Of a stretch of 64,000 nt of DNA, positions 1 to 13,170 are shown one piece after another. Position numbers and translations under genes: made by a program. Location: the NCBI GenBank assembly GCA_043228905.1, contig JBHGNT010000005.1, positions 19,034,001 through 19,098,000 of the forward strand. The letters are read 5' to 3'. Origin of the DNA: Azolla caroliniana (Eukaryota > Plantae > Polypodiophyta). A model generated the notes under the pieces. The model did no database searches and was not told the DNA's origin. It saw only the letters and a program-made list of their open reading frames with translations. Numbering within the stretch: the first letter of the stretch is position 1; each line of letters begins with the position of its first letter.

Positions 1-1149
1 TTTCATGATGTTAGAACCTACATAGATGTGAGCCGTGAAAAGATTATACAAATATATTACAGAAGTCAAGAATGTGCATGATCATATATTGTCAAAACAT
101 GCTTGGAAGATAGGATCAAGGTACAGAAAACTAATAAGAGAAATCCTCTCATCTATTTAGGTGCTTCATACCACAAAATGGTTTAAAAAAATGGGGAATT
201 GAATATCTATTGCATCTCTAAAGGGATGGATCCTATGAAGTGTGTGATAATTGAGGATGGATGACTAGATACACTAAGGATGAAGCAACAAGGTGCTCAA
301 AATGTCAAATTTCAAATACCACAGTACAAATATTAACCCTCAATGTTTACCTCAATATAGTGTGAGAATGTTAAAACCTATCTAACCATATCTCGATATC
401 CCCATGAGCTTTACCTCTCAAAGAGCCCTTACACTTGTTTCAACTCAATCACATAAGTTGGGTGTTCAGATATCATCAAGTATGAAGATATGCAATGAAA
501 ATCTAATGGAGGATGAACATGACTTACTTCTCGTATGCTTAACATTTAATGTAATTCATGAGAAATATGATGACTTGACGAGCATGATAAATCAAGTGTC
601 ATACTAGTCAAATCTCCACCAAGAAGGGTGCACATAAATGTGTGTGCATCATTTTCACATGAAGAGTTTTACTACAGAGTAACCCCCTTCTTAGGAAGGA
701 TTCACATACAAGATGAAATGTTTATTTGGTTGCATGGATCAAATTTGGCCTCCTCGTGGATGATAAACATCTTATCTAATCTCAATCTCTTTGTATCTCA
801 CGAAGTTTCTTCTAGGCAATATATAAACTCCATATATGCTCATACTTTTTGAGATTAGATCACTTCCCATTGAAAGCATTCATTGGATGAGCTCATAAAG
901 AAACATTAGGGCCAAAAAGAGGGAATATAGGGGATTTTTTGTCCCCTTGGTATTCACTTCGTTTGTATTTTCTTCAATCTCTATTAAGATAGTAGGGATA
1001 AATACTTGGTGTTTCTCTCAAACCCCTACTATCTAGTAAGGGCAACATTATGTAAGTGTTTTTTATCCCATGCATCATCTTTCTAATACCCCTAAGGAAG
1101 TAAAATATCATTATCATCTATTCCCCCAGTATAGCTAGTTTTGGAAACA

Positions 1150-2500
1150 CTTTACTACTATCAATTGTGTTGTCGCCCTTCAAGTGTTAATGGAAGAAAG
1201 TCATTTGAAAGGTAAAGATTACATTGTTTCTTTGTAGACTCAACAAGGCTATTGATATGGTTCCTCATGAACATCCATGGAGATACATGGAATAACTCAA
1301 GGTATCAAGTGAATATATGCTTGCAATTTCTCGAATCTATGATGTGATAGACCATATGCATATGGAAGATACAATTTTGGTTTCATTTCATTAGAAGTGT
1401 AGGTTTTAGGCAAGGATGCCTATTCTCACCAACTTTCTATGGTTTCTGCAATGATGAATTGGAAAAAATGGTTGACAAATTTGAAAAGCAATAATACATT
1501 GAAGAAGTTACCATTTAGAATACAACTATCTTGCTTTTGTTATATATGGATGATGTGATGTTTGTTGCAAATACTTTTGAAGATTCCCAATAGCTTACGA
1601 ATGTACAAGAAAACTTTTGCATGTGTAGTAAGTTGAGTTTCAATAACTCTAAAAGAAAGTTATGCACGTGAAGAGTCAAAATGGCGATAACCATCCATTG
1701 TGTACAACATTGAGCCCCTTGAAACAGTAGAAAGATTAAAATACCTTGGGCCCGAGGTTCTATCAATCATAGGAATGAATGTGTTACCTACCTCTTAGAA
1801 GTAGGAAAGAGGTTTTACAATGCATTTGAGAACATATACAATGGGGGATAAATTAAATGTTGGGTTCTCAAGAAATGTCCCTTTAATGCTTTTGGTGATA
1901 CCATTGCTTCTCTATCTTGTCAAAATATGGGGTGATAACATCCCTAAGTTCACTTGAAAAGAGTTTGAAATGTCCTAAAGTGCTCTCTTATGAACATTCT
2001 TCAACTCAATCTACAATAGCGCTGGTTCTTGACACTAGATAACTTCTCTTTGAGATTATGATCATGGAAAGGAAATTTCTAAAAAAAAGCCTCATATTAT
2101 TTTCTTCGGATCGCGTGGTAGGCAGATCAAAAGATTTAGAAGACATATAGAAGCCAAATTCTAAGTTTTAGACGTATGTAAGATATGAGGAAAGGGTTTG
2201 GAAGATGGGGTGAATCACATTTGTCTTAGGATGTGGCAAAATAAATCTTTGTGATGAGGTTTTTTGTTGTTGTAAAAACAATGTATCATGCCTTAGGAAA
2301 GATTTGGAGGGCCCATGTTTCACACATTATATAACATATATTGTAAGAAGCTATAAAAACATCTTTGCACATTAATGCCATCATTTTAATATATATAGTA
2401 TAAAGCTATTGATTAGTATCCACAATTCATGTCATCCTTTCCATATGGCTCAACTCACATTCTCTTCAGTGTAAGACGACATGCAAATAGACTTGTGGAC
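1150..2500 (+). pseudogene. Decayed non-LTR (LINE, RTE/RTE-X-like) reverse transcriptase fragment
   Basis: GFRQGCLFSPTF at ~1400 (cf. GVRQGCPLSP), LLLLYMDDV at ~1530, KYLG at ~1740 and LNSHSLQC at ~2450; many stops and frameshifts; boundaries approximate. Confidence 0.7.
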
Positions 2501-2895
2501 TATGCAAGTTTTTCAAGCCCAATCCCTACACACATTCCTCTGATGGTCAAATTATGCACTCTTAATTGCTTGAAAATTGAGATTGACTAGTCAATCTACA
2601 CGTACTAGTAACTACAAGAAAATATTTCACTTCTGAATCAATAGGTCATATTTAAGATTCGAGGACAATAATAAAATCTCTCTCTCTCTCTTTCTCTCTC
2701 TCTAAATAATGGCTTTCATTACGAAAGAAAAAACACCACCATGACTAACTAATTACAAAAGTATAGAACCCTTCTATCTATCTAGGGATCTAAAGACTAA
2801 TACGACTCCAAACTCAATGCCACTCAAGGCGAATATGATGATATGTGACATTGCAGAGTTCTCTCTCGTTCTGGTTGAGATTTCGTGACTTCTCT

Positions 2896-2932
<37 letters not shown>

Positions 2933-5039
2933 ATGCAATTAGATCATACGACATTTATGTATTGAAGGACTAAAACGCGTAAAGTTTAACCATAGTGCAA
3001 GGCAATTACATTTGTGTAAACTTTAAAGAGCACCGATGCATGCCAAGATATTTGAGGTGTTGCAAAAGACAATGCTCCAAAATGATGCAACACTAGATTG
3101 CAAAATGGAAAGCTTTCAAGCATGTAATTTATTTATACACAGAGTTCAATCATTATTTAGTTTCTTTCTTCATCCTATAAAATCTTTATTTTGAGAGATC
3201 GGAGTTGAAAAATAAATTAACCTCATAAAATATAATCTCTCTTTAAGTACAATATTTCTTCTACTTCAATCACCATTTTGCATAAACATGAGGCCTCTAG
3301 ATCAAGAGAATCAAGATAGGAAATATACTTATCACATGACACACATTTGAACATTATCATAGTTGCATTGGCTGTACTTGGCCTACATGTAAAGTTTTTT
3401 CTCTCTCTCTCTCTCTCTCTAATAAATTATAACTCTCCCTGTAGCCCATTCCTTCTTAAATGAACATAGAGCATTCGCATTCATTTGTCTCACTTTCCTC
3501 CATTCCTAATAAATCTAGCCCATTTCCTCCATCCCATGATGCCTTCTTGTCCTTTTATCCCTTTATTGGGAAGTCCTATCACGATATTTCTTTTCCCATA
3601 AATGCACCTCCTTGACTTACCTATTGATTTTAAGATGCATCACATCAATCGTACGCATTGCAAGACCATTTATCATACCAACTCAAAGCTTACAAACACT
3701 TATATTACATAGACATTGAACAAAAGCATAATGTACGATGTGCATATGGGGTTAACATAGTAAAATTTGTTTAAAAAAAGTGTTGTTTGTACGATTTCTT
3801 GTTCTTTGTACTAAAAAATGAATTATTATCATGATCATCTAGTTTTTAAAACTGTGTGGTTCATAATCTTGAGGTTGTGGGTTCAAAGTATATTGGGTGC
3901 ATGATGGTTTGTGGGTATTTTGACTTAGACCACTACAATCTGTGGACCTCCACATACTTCACATGGGATAGATGTGACATCCTACAATAGTTATCATTAC
4001 ACAAGGGGCCTTATTGAACATAAGCTACCCATATATAATATACATTTAACATAGACCACTCCTTTGTTGGACCTAGTTACATGGTTATTGATTGACTCCA
4101 AAACCCTGCCAATGTCCTAGTATTTTGGCACTTTTTTCTTGACATTATATTGTTGTGCATTATGTCATACATAGTACTATCATTGTCAAGGTACATAAGT
4201 GGCAACATGAACCAATGCTCATGGATGGGAGTTTTGATAGAGAAGTTAACAACCAGATTTTATGAAAATCTCAATCTATAAATGCGCAAAGTCCATATAG
4301 GTGTAACCTTATGGATATCAAGTTAAAAATTCACAATATAACATATAAGCTCTTGTTCTCAATTGGCAAGGTCACTTGAAGGTGAAGGTTAATAGATTTA
4401 TACAAGTGAAAACTGTTAAGATTCTGATGGGAGCAAGAATAACTTGTAATTGTTTTAACTTTTAAGTAAAAGTGAATTCTGATGAATGTAAAGTAATAAG
4501 CATGACATTTGGTGATTTGGGAAACAAAGGCTAACGTCATTTATTATTCTTAAAATATGGGCATTCGGATGAATGGAGATATAACCATAAAGCATGGGTT
4601 CTTTGGCAAAGAAAGATCAAGAATTAAACCTTTGACATGTTGATAACCTTGGTATCTTAGCATCATATTATCAAATATGTAAGATTGTAATCTATGAGAC
4701 CTATATCCTTGCCTTTGATTTCTCCATTGAAGAATATGTATGCTAGACACATCATGCCAATCATCGTATGAGCCATATGTACCATACGTGCATTTGCATT
4801 CGAGTATGGTAAACACTCTCGAAGTACGGTAAATACCATATTTTAGTATTCATTATTTATTATAAGGTAAAACAATTTTTTTAAAAGTAAGAAAGTTAAG
4901 GTAAAAAACATAAAAAAATACAAGTGTGTTTTCATAATATATGTTTTCATTTGCAAATGTATGAAAAAGAATGTTTGCAAATGCATTTGAGTACGTTATG
5001 TACTATGATGTTAATAATTTGTTGAGGGCTTGAGCAGAT

Positions 5040-5955
5040 CTAGAGGAGCTACATTATTTGCGGATAGCCAGAGCAGGGGCACTTGGCCCTATCCGAGTGT
5101 TGGCGCAAGCTGGTAACAATTGGAAGACAGACCCTAATGTTGCTAAGGTGGAACCCCACTAGAAGTTATGGGTCTACAATTGTCGCCCCCTTGCGGAACT
5201 AGAATGGGACCCATGGGATTTTAGGTGGAAACACATCGACAAATTGCGCCACTTCTTCGATTACAGTGTACTAAATTGGGTCGGGCTATACAATTGTGGT
5301 TGGATGGTCCCCTATGCAATGGTGGGCAGACATTGGGCATCCCTGACAAGGCGCTCAATACCTTTTGGAAGAGTCTTTGGCATCTCCATGTGCCTGAGAA
5401 GATCAAGCTATTTTGGTGGCAGATCGACCATAACGTGGTCCCTGTTGGCGAATGGCTAGGTAAACGTGGTGGCCCGATAGATTGCTCACTTTGTTCTTCA
5501 CCTATTGAGACTCTGAGACACTATTTGTGGGATTGCCCTCAAGCTCAGAGGGTATGGGACACAATGACTCACCTCGTAGCTGCATGTGAGGTGGAAGAAC
5601 AACATCGTGGAGCGCAATGGCTTGGATTGATCTCTCGGTTGATAGCTATACAGACGCCTTCAATGTAGAGAGTTGGTGCTCGGCTCGAGGTGGAACTATA
5701 GTACCAGCCCCACGTTGGTTGTTTCCTACTCACCTCCCACCCTCTCTTCGTTGTAGGCCACATGATCCGACTCGTACTGGTTGGTGATGAGGGCACAATA
5801 CCTACTTACATTAAGTAGTCAGTTTGAAAGGATATGTACGTAGTCTCATATTCTTGAACTCGGGCGGAGGGTGATTCCTTGATTTATGTATATTGTATAG
5901 TCTTTCTATAATAATCTTTCCTTGAGAAAGTAGCTTCTTCGTGGAAAAAAATAAA
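5040..5955 (+). mobile_element. 5'-truncated L1-type LINE 3' end (zf-RVT domain)
   Basis: ORF 5225-5668 FWKSLWHLHVPEKIKLFWW...CSLC...ETLRHYLWDCPQAQRVW matches the zf-RVT pattern; A-rich tail near 5945. Confidence 0.75.
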
Positions 5956-7189
5956 TGTAATATAATATAAAAGCACAACACATATCATGACCATTAAATG
6001 CACATCATGTCCATATAAGAGAAACGCTGAAGTTATAAGTAGGGAAAAAATGTAGCCCAACCATAATCATCCAATGTGTTGTACTTAAAGGCTTGAGAGA
6101 AATGACATCAGGTAAAGAGAGAGTATTTATCATAATAAATAATTGTGGAGAAAAGAGCAAACTTTCTCACGTAAAACCAAATCTTCAAGTTGATGCATAA
6201 GGGCATGTGGAGATTGTACTAGCTACCAATGTTTGGCAAACTTTTTGACCCCTTCCAGAAATTTCCTTGCGTCTTTTTAAACTGATTGGATTTTCAAAAT
6301 TCCTATCAGCCATTTTCCTACTATGGTATATGCCATTCAGAATGAGAAATTAGCATTTTTTATCTAACCGTTCTTGTAAGTAAATTTTCACAATTGACGC
6401 ATCATATAACAAATCATAGAGCATACAAAGCTGATCGTCTTGGTAAAAGAGAAAAACAAATCATTACATTGCTTTAAAACATATTTCATAACATTAACAA
6501 AATTTCAATCTATGCTTGTGACTCTAAGAGAAGGGCACCTACAAACGTACAAGGAAATACTCATTATCATCTAGAGTATATAAAGCTTATAAGGTTATTT
6601 AAATAGTTGGCTACTCACTTCATCATTAAGCCAAAAATATCCATGATGAGTTGATCTTTGTTGTAAACGCGACCGTCTAGGTGCGGAACAATCTCAACAC
6701 TCTTCTGTGAGGAGATCGTTGATAGATGCAATGAAGATTATTGATGGCAACTGAAACAGAATCAGGAAGGAAGATCAACAAGAATTCAAGAGAGAGAGAG
6801 AGACGTTAGACACAAGATGAACTATGTTTTCAACCACCCCAAAATTAGGTTACAAAGTCAGTTTATATACTGACTGACTGAGGGCAATTGCCCTTCTCAC
6901 TATTTACACAAATAGCCCGAACCTAGTATGTACAAAAGGAGACAATGTGAATACGTTCATTAGAGACCCACATTCAATAGTCCCCCGTAATGGGCATATA
7001 CATCGAAATTCTGTAAATCAAAATAAATGTAGAATACATATTGATACAAATTTTTTGAACAAATCGAAATTTCGTTCGAGTCGGTGAACATCGAAAAACT
7101 AAAGACTAAACTAACCAAGGTTGGGGAAGCTAAAGCCAAACTTCGAACTATCGAATTTGATTGTTCGAAAATATCCTAAGTGTTTGACT

Positions 7190-10100
7190 TAATCAGACTA
7201 ATTCTTTGTTACACCCATCTGGTGCCGAAGGGATCAGAATCGATCCGTCGAAAGACACTTGGTCATCTCATCTGCGACATTATCGGTTGTAGATATCTTC
7301 TCAAGGCTGATTTTCCCTGAAATTAAGCAGTCCCCAACAAAGTGATATCGAACGTCGATGTGCTTTGAGGCTGATGAACCGGATTTTTCGATAGAGTGAC
7401 AACACCCTGACTGTCACTTTAGACAATTGGAGCCGAGTCGGATTCGACTTGTCAAAACGTGCAAGCCAGTCGACCGAGCCATAAGGCCTCTTTCGCCGCA
7501 TTAGACGCAACTACGTATTCGGCCTTGGTCGTTGATGTGGCAATGCACTCATGAAGTTTCGATTTCCATGAGATTGCTCCATTGCCGAACTTAAAGCATT
7601 ATCCGGTTGTCGATTTTCGATTGTCCACACAGTCGGCAAAGTTCGAGTCGGTATAGCCGACTACGCCTGAGGTGTCGTTCGGACCGAATAGAATCCCAAG
7701 GTCTTTTGTGCCCACCAGATATCCAAACACATGCTTTACTGCATTCCAGTGCGATCGGCAAGGGTTGTATTAATCTGCTGACGACCCCTACGACATGAGC
7801 AATCTCATGCCATGTCGCGACCATCATGTACATTAAGGAGCCAATTGCCGGTGCATACGGTACCGACTTCATAATGTGCCCCTCTGAACCGGATGTCGGG
7901 CAGTCTCGCTAGGACAACCGAAGGCTAATGGGGAGCAGGGTTGAAGCAGATTTAGCCGATTGCATGTTGAAGCGTTCGAGGACACGTGTAATATAGTCTA
8001 ATTGGGACAGAAACAATTGTCTTTGATTTTGATTCTGACTAAACAAGACCGAGGTCCTTCATGGCAAACTTCAACCATAGCTTGCCTATCGGAGATTAGC
8101 ATGTCGTCCACGTAGATGATGAGGAAGATGGGTGACCCATCTCGAGCAGTTTTTGTGAAGAGACAATGGTCCTCATGGCTCTTCGAGAAGCCGATTGACT
8201 GAATGAAGTCATCGAACTTCTTATACCAATGTTGTGGCGCCTGTTTCAAGTTGTAAAGACTCTTCTTGAGTTCACAGACTAGATGTTCTTGGCCGGGTGC
8301 GATGAAGCCTTTAGGCTACTCCATATAAATTTCTTCCTCTAGATCACCATGGAGGAATGCTGTTTTGACTTCTAGTTGAATCAACTCCAAATTCTCGGCT
8401 GCCACGACGCCGGGCATAAAGTGGAGGGTTGTCATTTTCACCACTGGTGAAAACATTTCGTCGAAATCGATGCCATATTCTTGTTGAAACCCTTTCGCAA
8501 CTATTTTGGCCTTGAATTTTGGGGTGGCCGAATCAAACGTCTCTTTAATTCTATAGACCCATTTGCACGGAAGAGCACGCCGATTTTTCGGTAGTTCGAC
8601 CAAGTCCCAAGTTTGGTTTGTTCGAATGGAGTTCATCTCGGACTCCATTACCAGATGCCAGGTGGCCGAATCGGCAGATGCCAATGCTTCTTTGTATGAC
8701 ATTGGTTCTTCGGCGTTCGTAAAGAAGATTCTAGGAGAGTATCTCTCCGGGGGCTGCGACAGTCTCTCAGATCTTCGAGATATGATTGGACTAGTCGCAT
8801 CGGGTGTTGAAGTCCGATGGTCAGAAGCCGAAACATTCGGTTGTGTTGAGTCGAATGTTGCCGAGTTAGTACTAGAGGTTTCAGGTACCCGTGAAGCCGA
8901 TCTTGTCTGAAAGCATTTCAGTTTTTGGCTGGACTGATTTTCGACCATAGTGAGACAATCGGAAAAAATCGAGAACACTCGATCTTTAGTTTTAATTGGG
9001 TAAGCCCACACCTTCTGAGTCGAGTTGTCAATAAAGTTGACGAAATACAAGGCACCGTTGAGAGAGTAATGTGGCATAGGACCACAGATGTTCGAGTGGA
9101 CCAAATCGAGGGGACTCGATTCTCTCGGTGCTGATGTCGGATGTGATGCGGCTATCTGTTTGCCGTACTGGCAATGCTCGCATAACTGATGATCAGAGAA
9201 GGAGAGTTTAGGGATGTATCCAGCTCTAGATAAATGCGTGATGCCAGCCTTGTTGAGGTGTCCGAGTCGTCCATGCCATAGTGATGACACTGGAATGTCG
9301 ACCAAGAACAAGTCACCGTCTCTGAGTGTAACATATAACGGGTACAACGAGTGTACTTTCGGTCCTCGAGCAAGGAGGAGGTTCCCTCTGTGGAGTGTCC
9401 ATCCTCATGATTAGAAGCCGGCACGGATACTGTCTTCATCCAATTGTCCGACTGAGATCAATGGACTTGAGAGCTCAGGTACATGTCAGACATTATGTAG
9501 TACCACTGTAGAGCCACCCGGAAGGTTGAGCTCTACTGTATCGATTCCAATTATTGCGCAATGCTATGAATTTCCGACTCAAACTGAGTCGGAATGTCGG
9601 GCTGATTATTGCCGAAATTGGGATTGATGAGGGGTCACATGAAAGGACGCACCCGAATCCAAGAGCCATGTGCTCAATTCCTCAGTCGTAAGCAGAACTT
9701 CTGATTCGAGTGGGTTTTCAATGGATAGAATATTCGGGTCGTTTGACAATACTTTGGCTGAGGAGCCGATGTAGTTGACCTCCTCATGCCGGTCACTCTT
9801 CTGATCTGCTCGTTGAGCCTTATCGTTTTTGGCCTTTAGTGCATGGCAATAAGCTTTAATGTGTCCGGGTTTCTTGCAATAATTGCAGACTTGATTATCC
9901 CGGGACTTTCTCCGACTTCACTGGTTGTTTGGTTGTCGTGAAGAACCTCTTCCTTGACTGTTCGATCGGTTGGTCGAACCTTGTACTACATACGCGTTAT
10001 TGGCCGAATCGTTTACAAATGATTTCCTCCGAGCCGCTTCAGTCAGAATTGCGCTTGTGACTGAGGAGTATTTAACGGCCATAGCAGATGTGTTGCAGAT

Positions 10101-10592
10101 GGTTGTGACGAAAGTTTCCCACGAAGGGGGAAGACTACTCATAAGCAACATTGCTCTTAGTTCATCCTCGATAGTCGTCCCCTGAGCTGAAATTTGGGAG
10201 GTTGGACTTTCGTACTCATTGAGGTATGCCTGGACCGAAGCTGATTCTTTCATCTGAAGGTTATAAAGGCTCCGTATCAAGTATATCTTCGTGGCGGCGA
10301 CCTTCTTTTCGTAAGTGTCTGAAAGTGTCTTCCATAGTTGGAAGACAATCAAACACGATTGCACCGTAAAGTAGACAGACTCCGATAGGTGCATCCGAAT
10401 AGTGGCTCGGACAATTCTGTCGAGCTTCTCCCATTTAAGCGGCTTGTATCCTTCTGGAGCATTTTCGTTTTCGATGGGGTTGATTTGCCCCTTTACTATT
10501 AAATAGTCTTACATATGCTCCTTCCAGAAGTTGAAGTTTGATCCGTCGAACTTCCTTAGACTCATCTCTGACGAGCAGGATGTTGATGCCAT
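7190..10592 (-). pseudogene. Copia A gag-pol pseudogene
   Basis: MASTS..RKFDGSNFNFWKE, CNYCKKPGH, WLLDSG, LWHGRLGH, WDLVELP, KTAFLHGDL, IYVDDML, YAPAIGSLMY; integrase core deleted near 8905. Confidence 0.9.
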
Positions 10593-12628
10593 ATGTGTCG
10601 ATTTTGGGAGGCCTTGTTCGGGGTTGGCTACGAACAGTGGTTGGGTGCAAAAGATTGGCTCACCCGAATTCGTTCTAGTCGAGTTTGAACACAAGCCGAA
10701 TTTGATTCGAAATTCGGGAGACTCGATCCGAAGTGACTACGATTGACTAGCCTAGTCGAGTTGGACCCTAGTATGTCGATTTGATTTTGAATGTCGATTT
10801 TCGAACACAGAGTATGTGCCGATTATCCATGCTGATTCTGCTTCAGGTGACTACGACAATGAGAAGAATGGATTCGGCTAATCTTTCCGAATGTTTTCTG
10901 GCCGAATGAAGCACGCAGGGGGGTTGTTCCTGTGGTGAGTGTTCGATGTTTATGCGGAAGTGTTTGTTCGGATCATTCGGCTATAAACAATAAACAACGT
11001 AAATAGAAAGTAGAGAGGGCAGATTGAGACTTACACAAATACAAGCTTTAATGGAAAGCTTCTTATTTTCTGCACAGAGTGTTTTCTCCCTCAGAGTTTA
11101 CACTCGTCATCATCTATTACAATATTAGGTATTCGCTTATGTACTAAGACCTAACTTATTAATGTGTTCACACTAGGACGGATACAAGGTGGAAGGAGTC
11201 AGCCTTTTATGCGAACAAACTCCCCCGTAAAAGGACTACTCTTTCTTGTATGTACAAGTGCTTGGGGTTATCTCCCTCGTAAACCTAGATTACAAATTTA
11301 ACTAGATCTTATGTTACAAGTCTGTCGGCAAGTAGCCGAGTCGGCAGAGGTATAGTATGAGTGTTGGTCAACTCTTACCTTCTGCACCTCGTTTGACTTT
11401 CTTTTGCTCAGTCGCTTGTCGTAGCCCCATCTTCGTCCTTAGCGTTCCAAAGCGTTGATCTGGGAGTGGCTTCGTTAGGCAATCGACGATGTTCACCTCG
11501 ATGTCGATCTTCCGGACTTCGAGTTTCTTCTCGATCAGGAGCACCCGGATATAATGATACCACACCTTAATGTGCTTTGTCTTTGCATGGTAGACGGGAT
11601 TGTTGATGAGGTGTATTGTGCTCTGTGAGTCGTGCTGGTCGGTCTATTCGGTTTGCAGTTCCGAAATTGGCAGACAGTCGGTGCAGCCAGATCGCTTCCT
11701 TTGCTACTTCCGATGCTGCTATGTACTCGACTTCTGTGGTAGACAGAGCTGTGCACTCTTGTAGTTTCGACCTCCATGATATCGCACCACCACCATAGGT
11801 GAATATGTAGCCTGATGTCGATTTCCGATTGTCCGTGTTTCTGGCATAGTTGGAATTGGTGTAGCCTTCGACTTTAGTTGATGTTCTCAAACTGAATGTC
11901 ATCTGTGCATCTGTGGTTCCTTTCAGATACCTAAGGATGTGCTTGATGGCCTCCCAATGCTTCTTTCTTGGGTTTGACATGTACCGGCTGACCACCCCTA
12001 CGACATAGGCTAGGTCGGGTCGGGTCGCCACCATTGCGTACATGATACTTCCTACTACCGATGCGTAGGGTATCTTTCCATTAACCTCTCTCTCCTTGTC
12101 GTTTGCAGGAGAGTCTCTGTCCGATAGTCTAATTGACGTCGGAAGTGGTTTCGGTGTTGGCTTCGCATTCTCTATGTTGAAGTGCTTCAACACCTTGCAG
12201 ATGTAGTTGGATTGGGAGAGTCGGAGAGTCTTGGTCGTCCGATTTTGCTCTATCCTCATGCCCAGTATGTGTCAGGCTTGTCCGAGTTCCTTCATCGCGA
12301 GTTTTGCATGAAGGCTCCGCTTGAGCTTTCCGATCTTTGCTTGATTGCTCCCTACAATCAACATGTCGTTGACATAAAGGATCAGATAGATCCTGGACTC
12401 GTCGGCCAGTTGCCGAACATACATGCATGGGTCGGAGTCCGATCTGTTGTATCCAAGCTGCCTTATGTGGGAGTCGAACTTCTGGTACCACATTATCGGC
12501 GCTTGTTTGAGGCCATATAGACTTTTCTTTAGTCTGCATATGAGGTGTCTGTCCTCCCTTGTCGCCGTGAAGCTTGCCGATTGAGACATGGATATGTCTT
12601 CTTCTAGATCTCCATGTAGGAATGCCGT

Positions 12629-13170
12629 CTTTACGCCCATTTGCTTGAGCTCTAGGTTTTCTGTCGTTACGACTCCTAGTAGGAGTCGTGTTGAGTGGCA
12701 AGCTCAACCGGATCCAGATCGGCTGAATAAGACTAAGCTGGATTGGCATCCGGAAGGATGAGCCGGATCGGTGAGCCGGTGAGCTGGGGAGCCGGTTAGC
12801 CAGATCAAGTAGTAATCGGAAGCCTAGTAGCAGCCTAGACTACTAGGTAGTTAATGTCTTGTAGTTAGTGTCAGACGCTTGTGTGAGCATTGAAGTACAT
12901 TGTACTTTACGCCCATCTGCTTGAGCTCTAGGTTTTCTGTCGTTACGACTCCTAGTAGGAGTCGTGTTGAGTGGCAAGCTCAACCGGATCCAGATCGGCT
13001 GAATAAGACTAAGCTGGATCGGCATTCGGAAGGATGAGCCGGTGAGCTGGGGAGCTGGTTAGCCAGATCAAGTAGTAATCGGAAGCCTAGTAGCAGCCTA
13101 GACTACTAGGTAGTTAATGTCTTGTAGTTAGTGTCAGACGCTCGTGTGAGCATTGAAGTACACTGTACTT
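12629..13170. repeat. ~276-bp tandem duplication spanning the B/C junction
   Basis: ctttacgccc...agtcg|tgttgagtgg... occurs at 12629 and again at 12905, creating an extra partial LTR at 12689-12905. Confidence 0.9.

Noticed and set aside
3850-3895. tRNA-Met-like fragment (tcataatc...gggttcaaa)
   Set aside because: No acceptor stem or D-arm; at best a decayed SINE head and too weak to call
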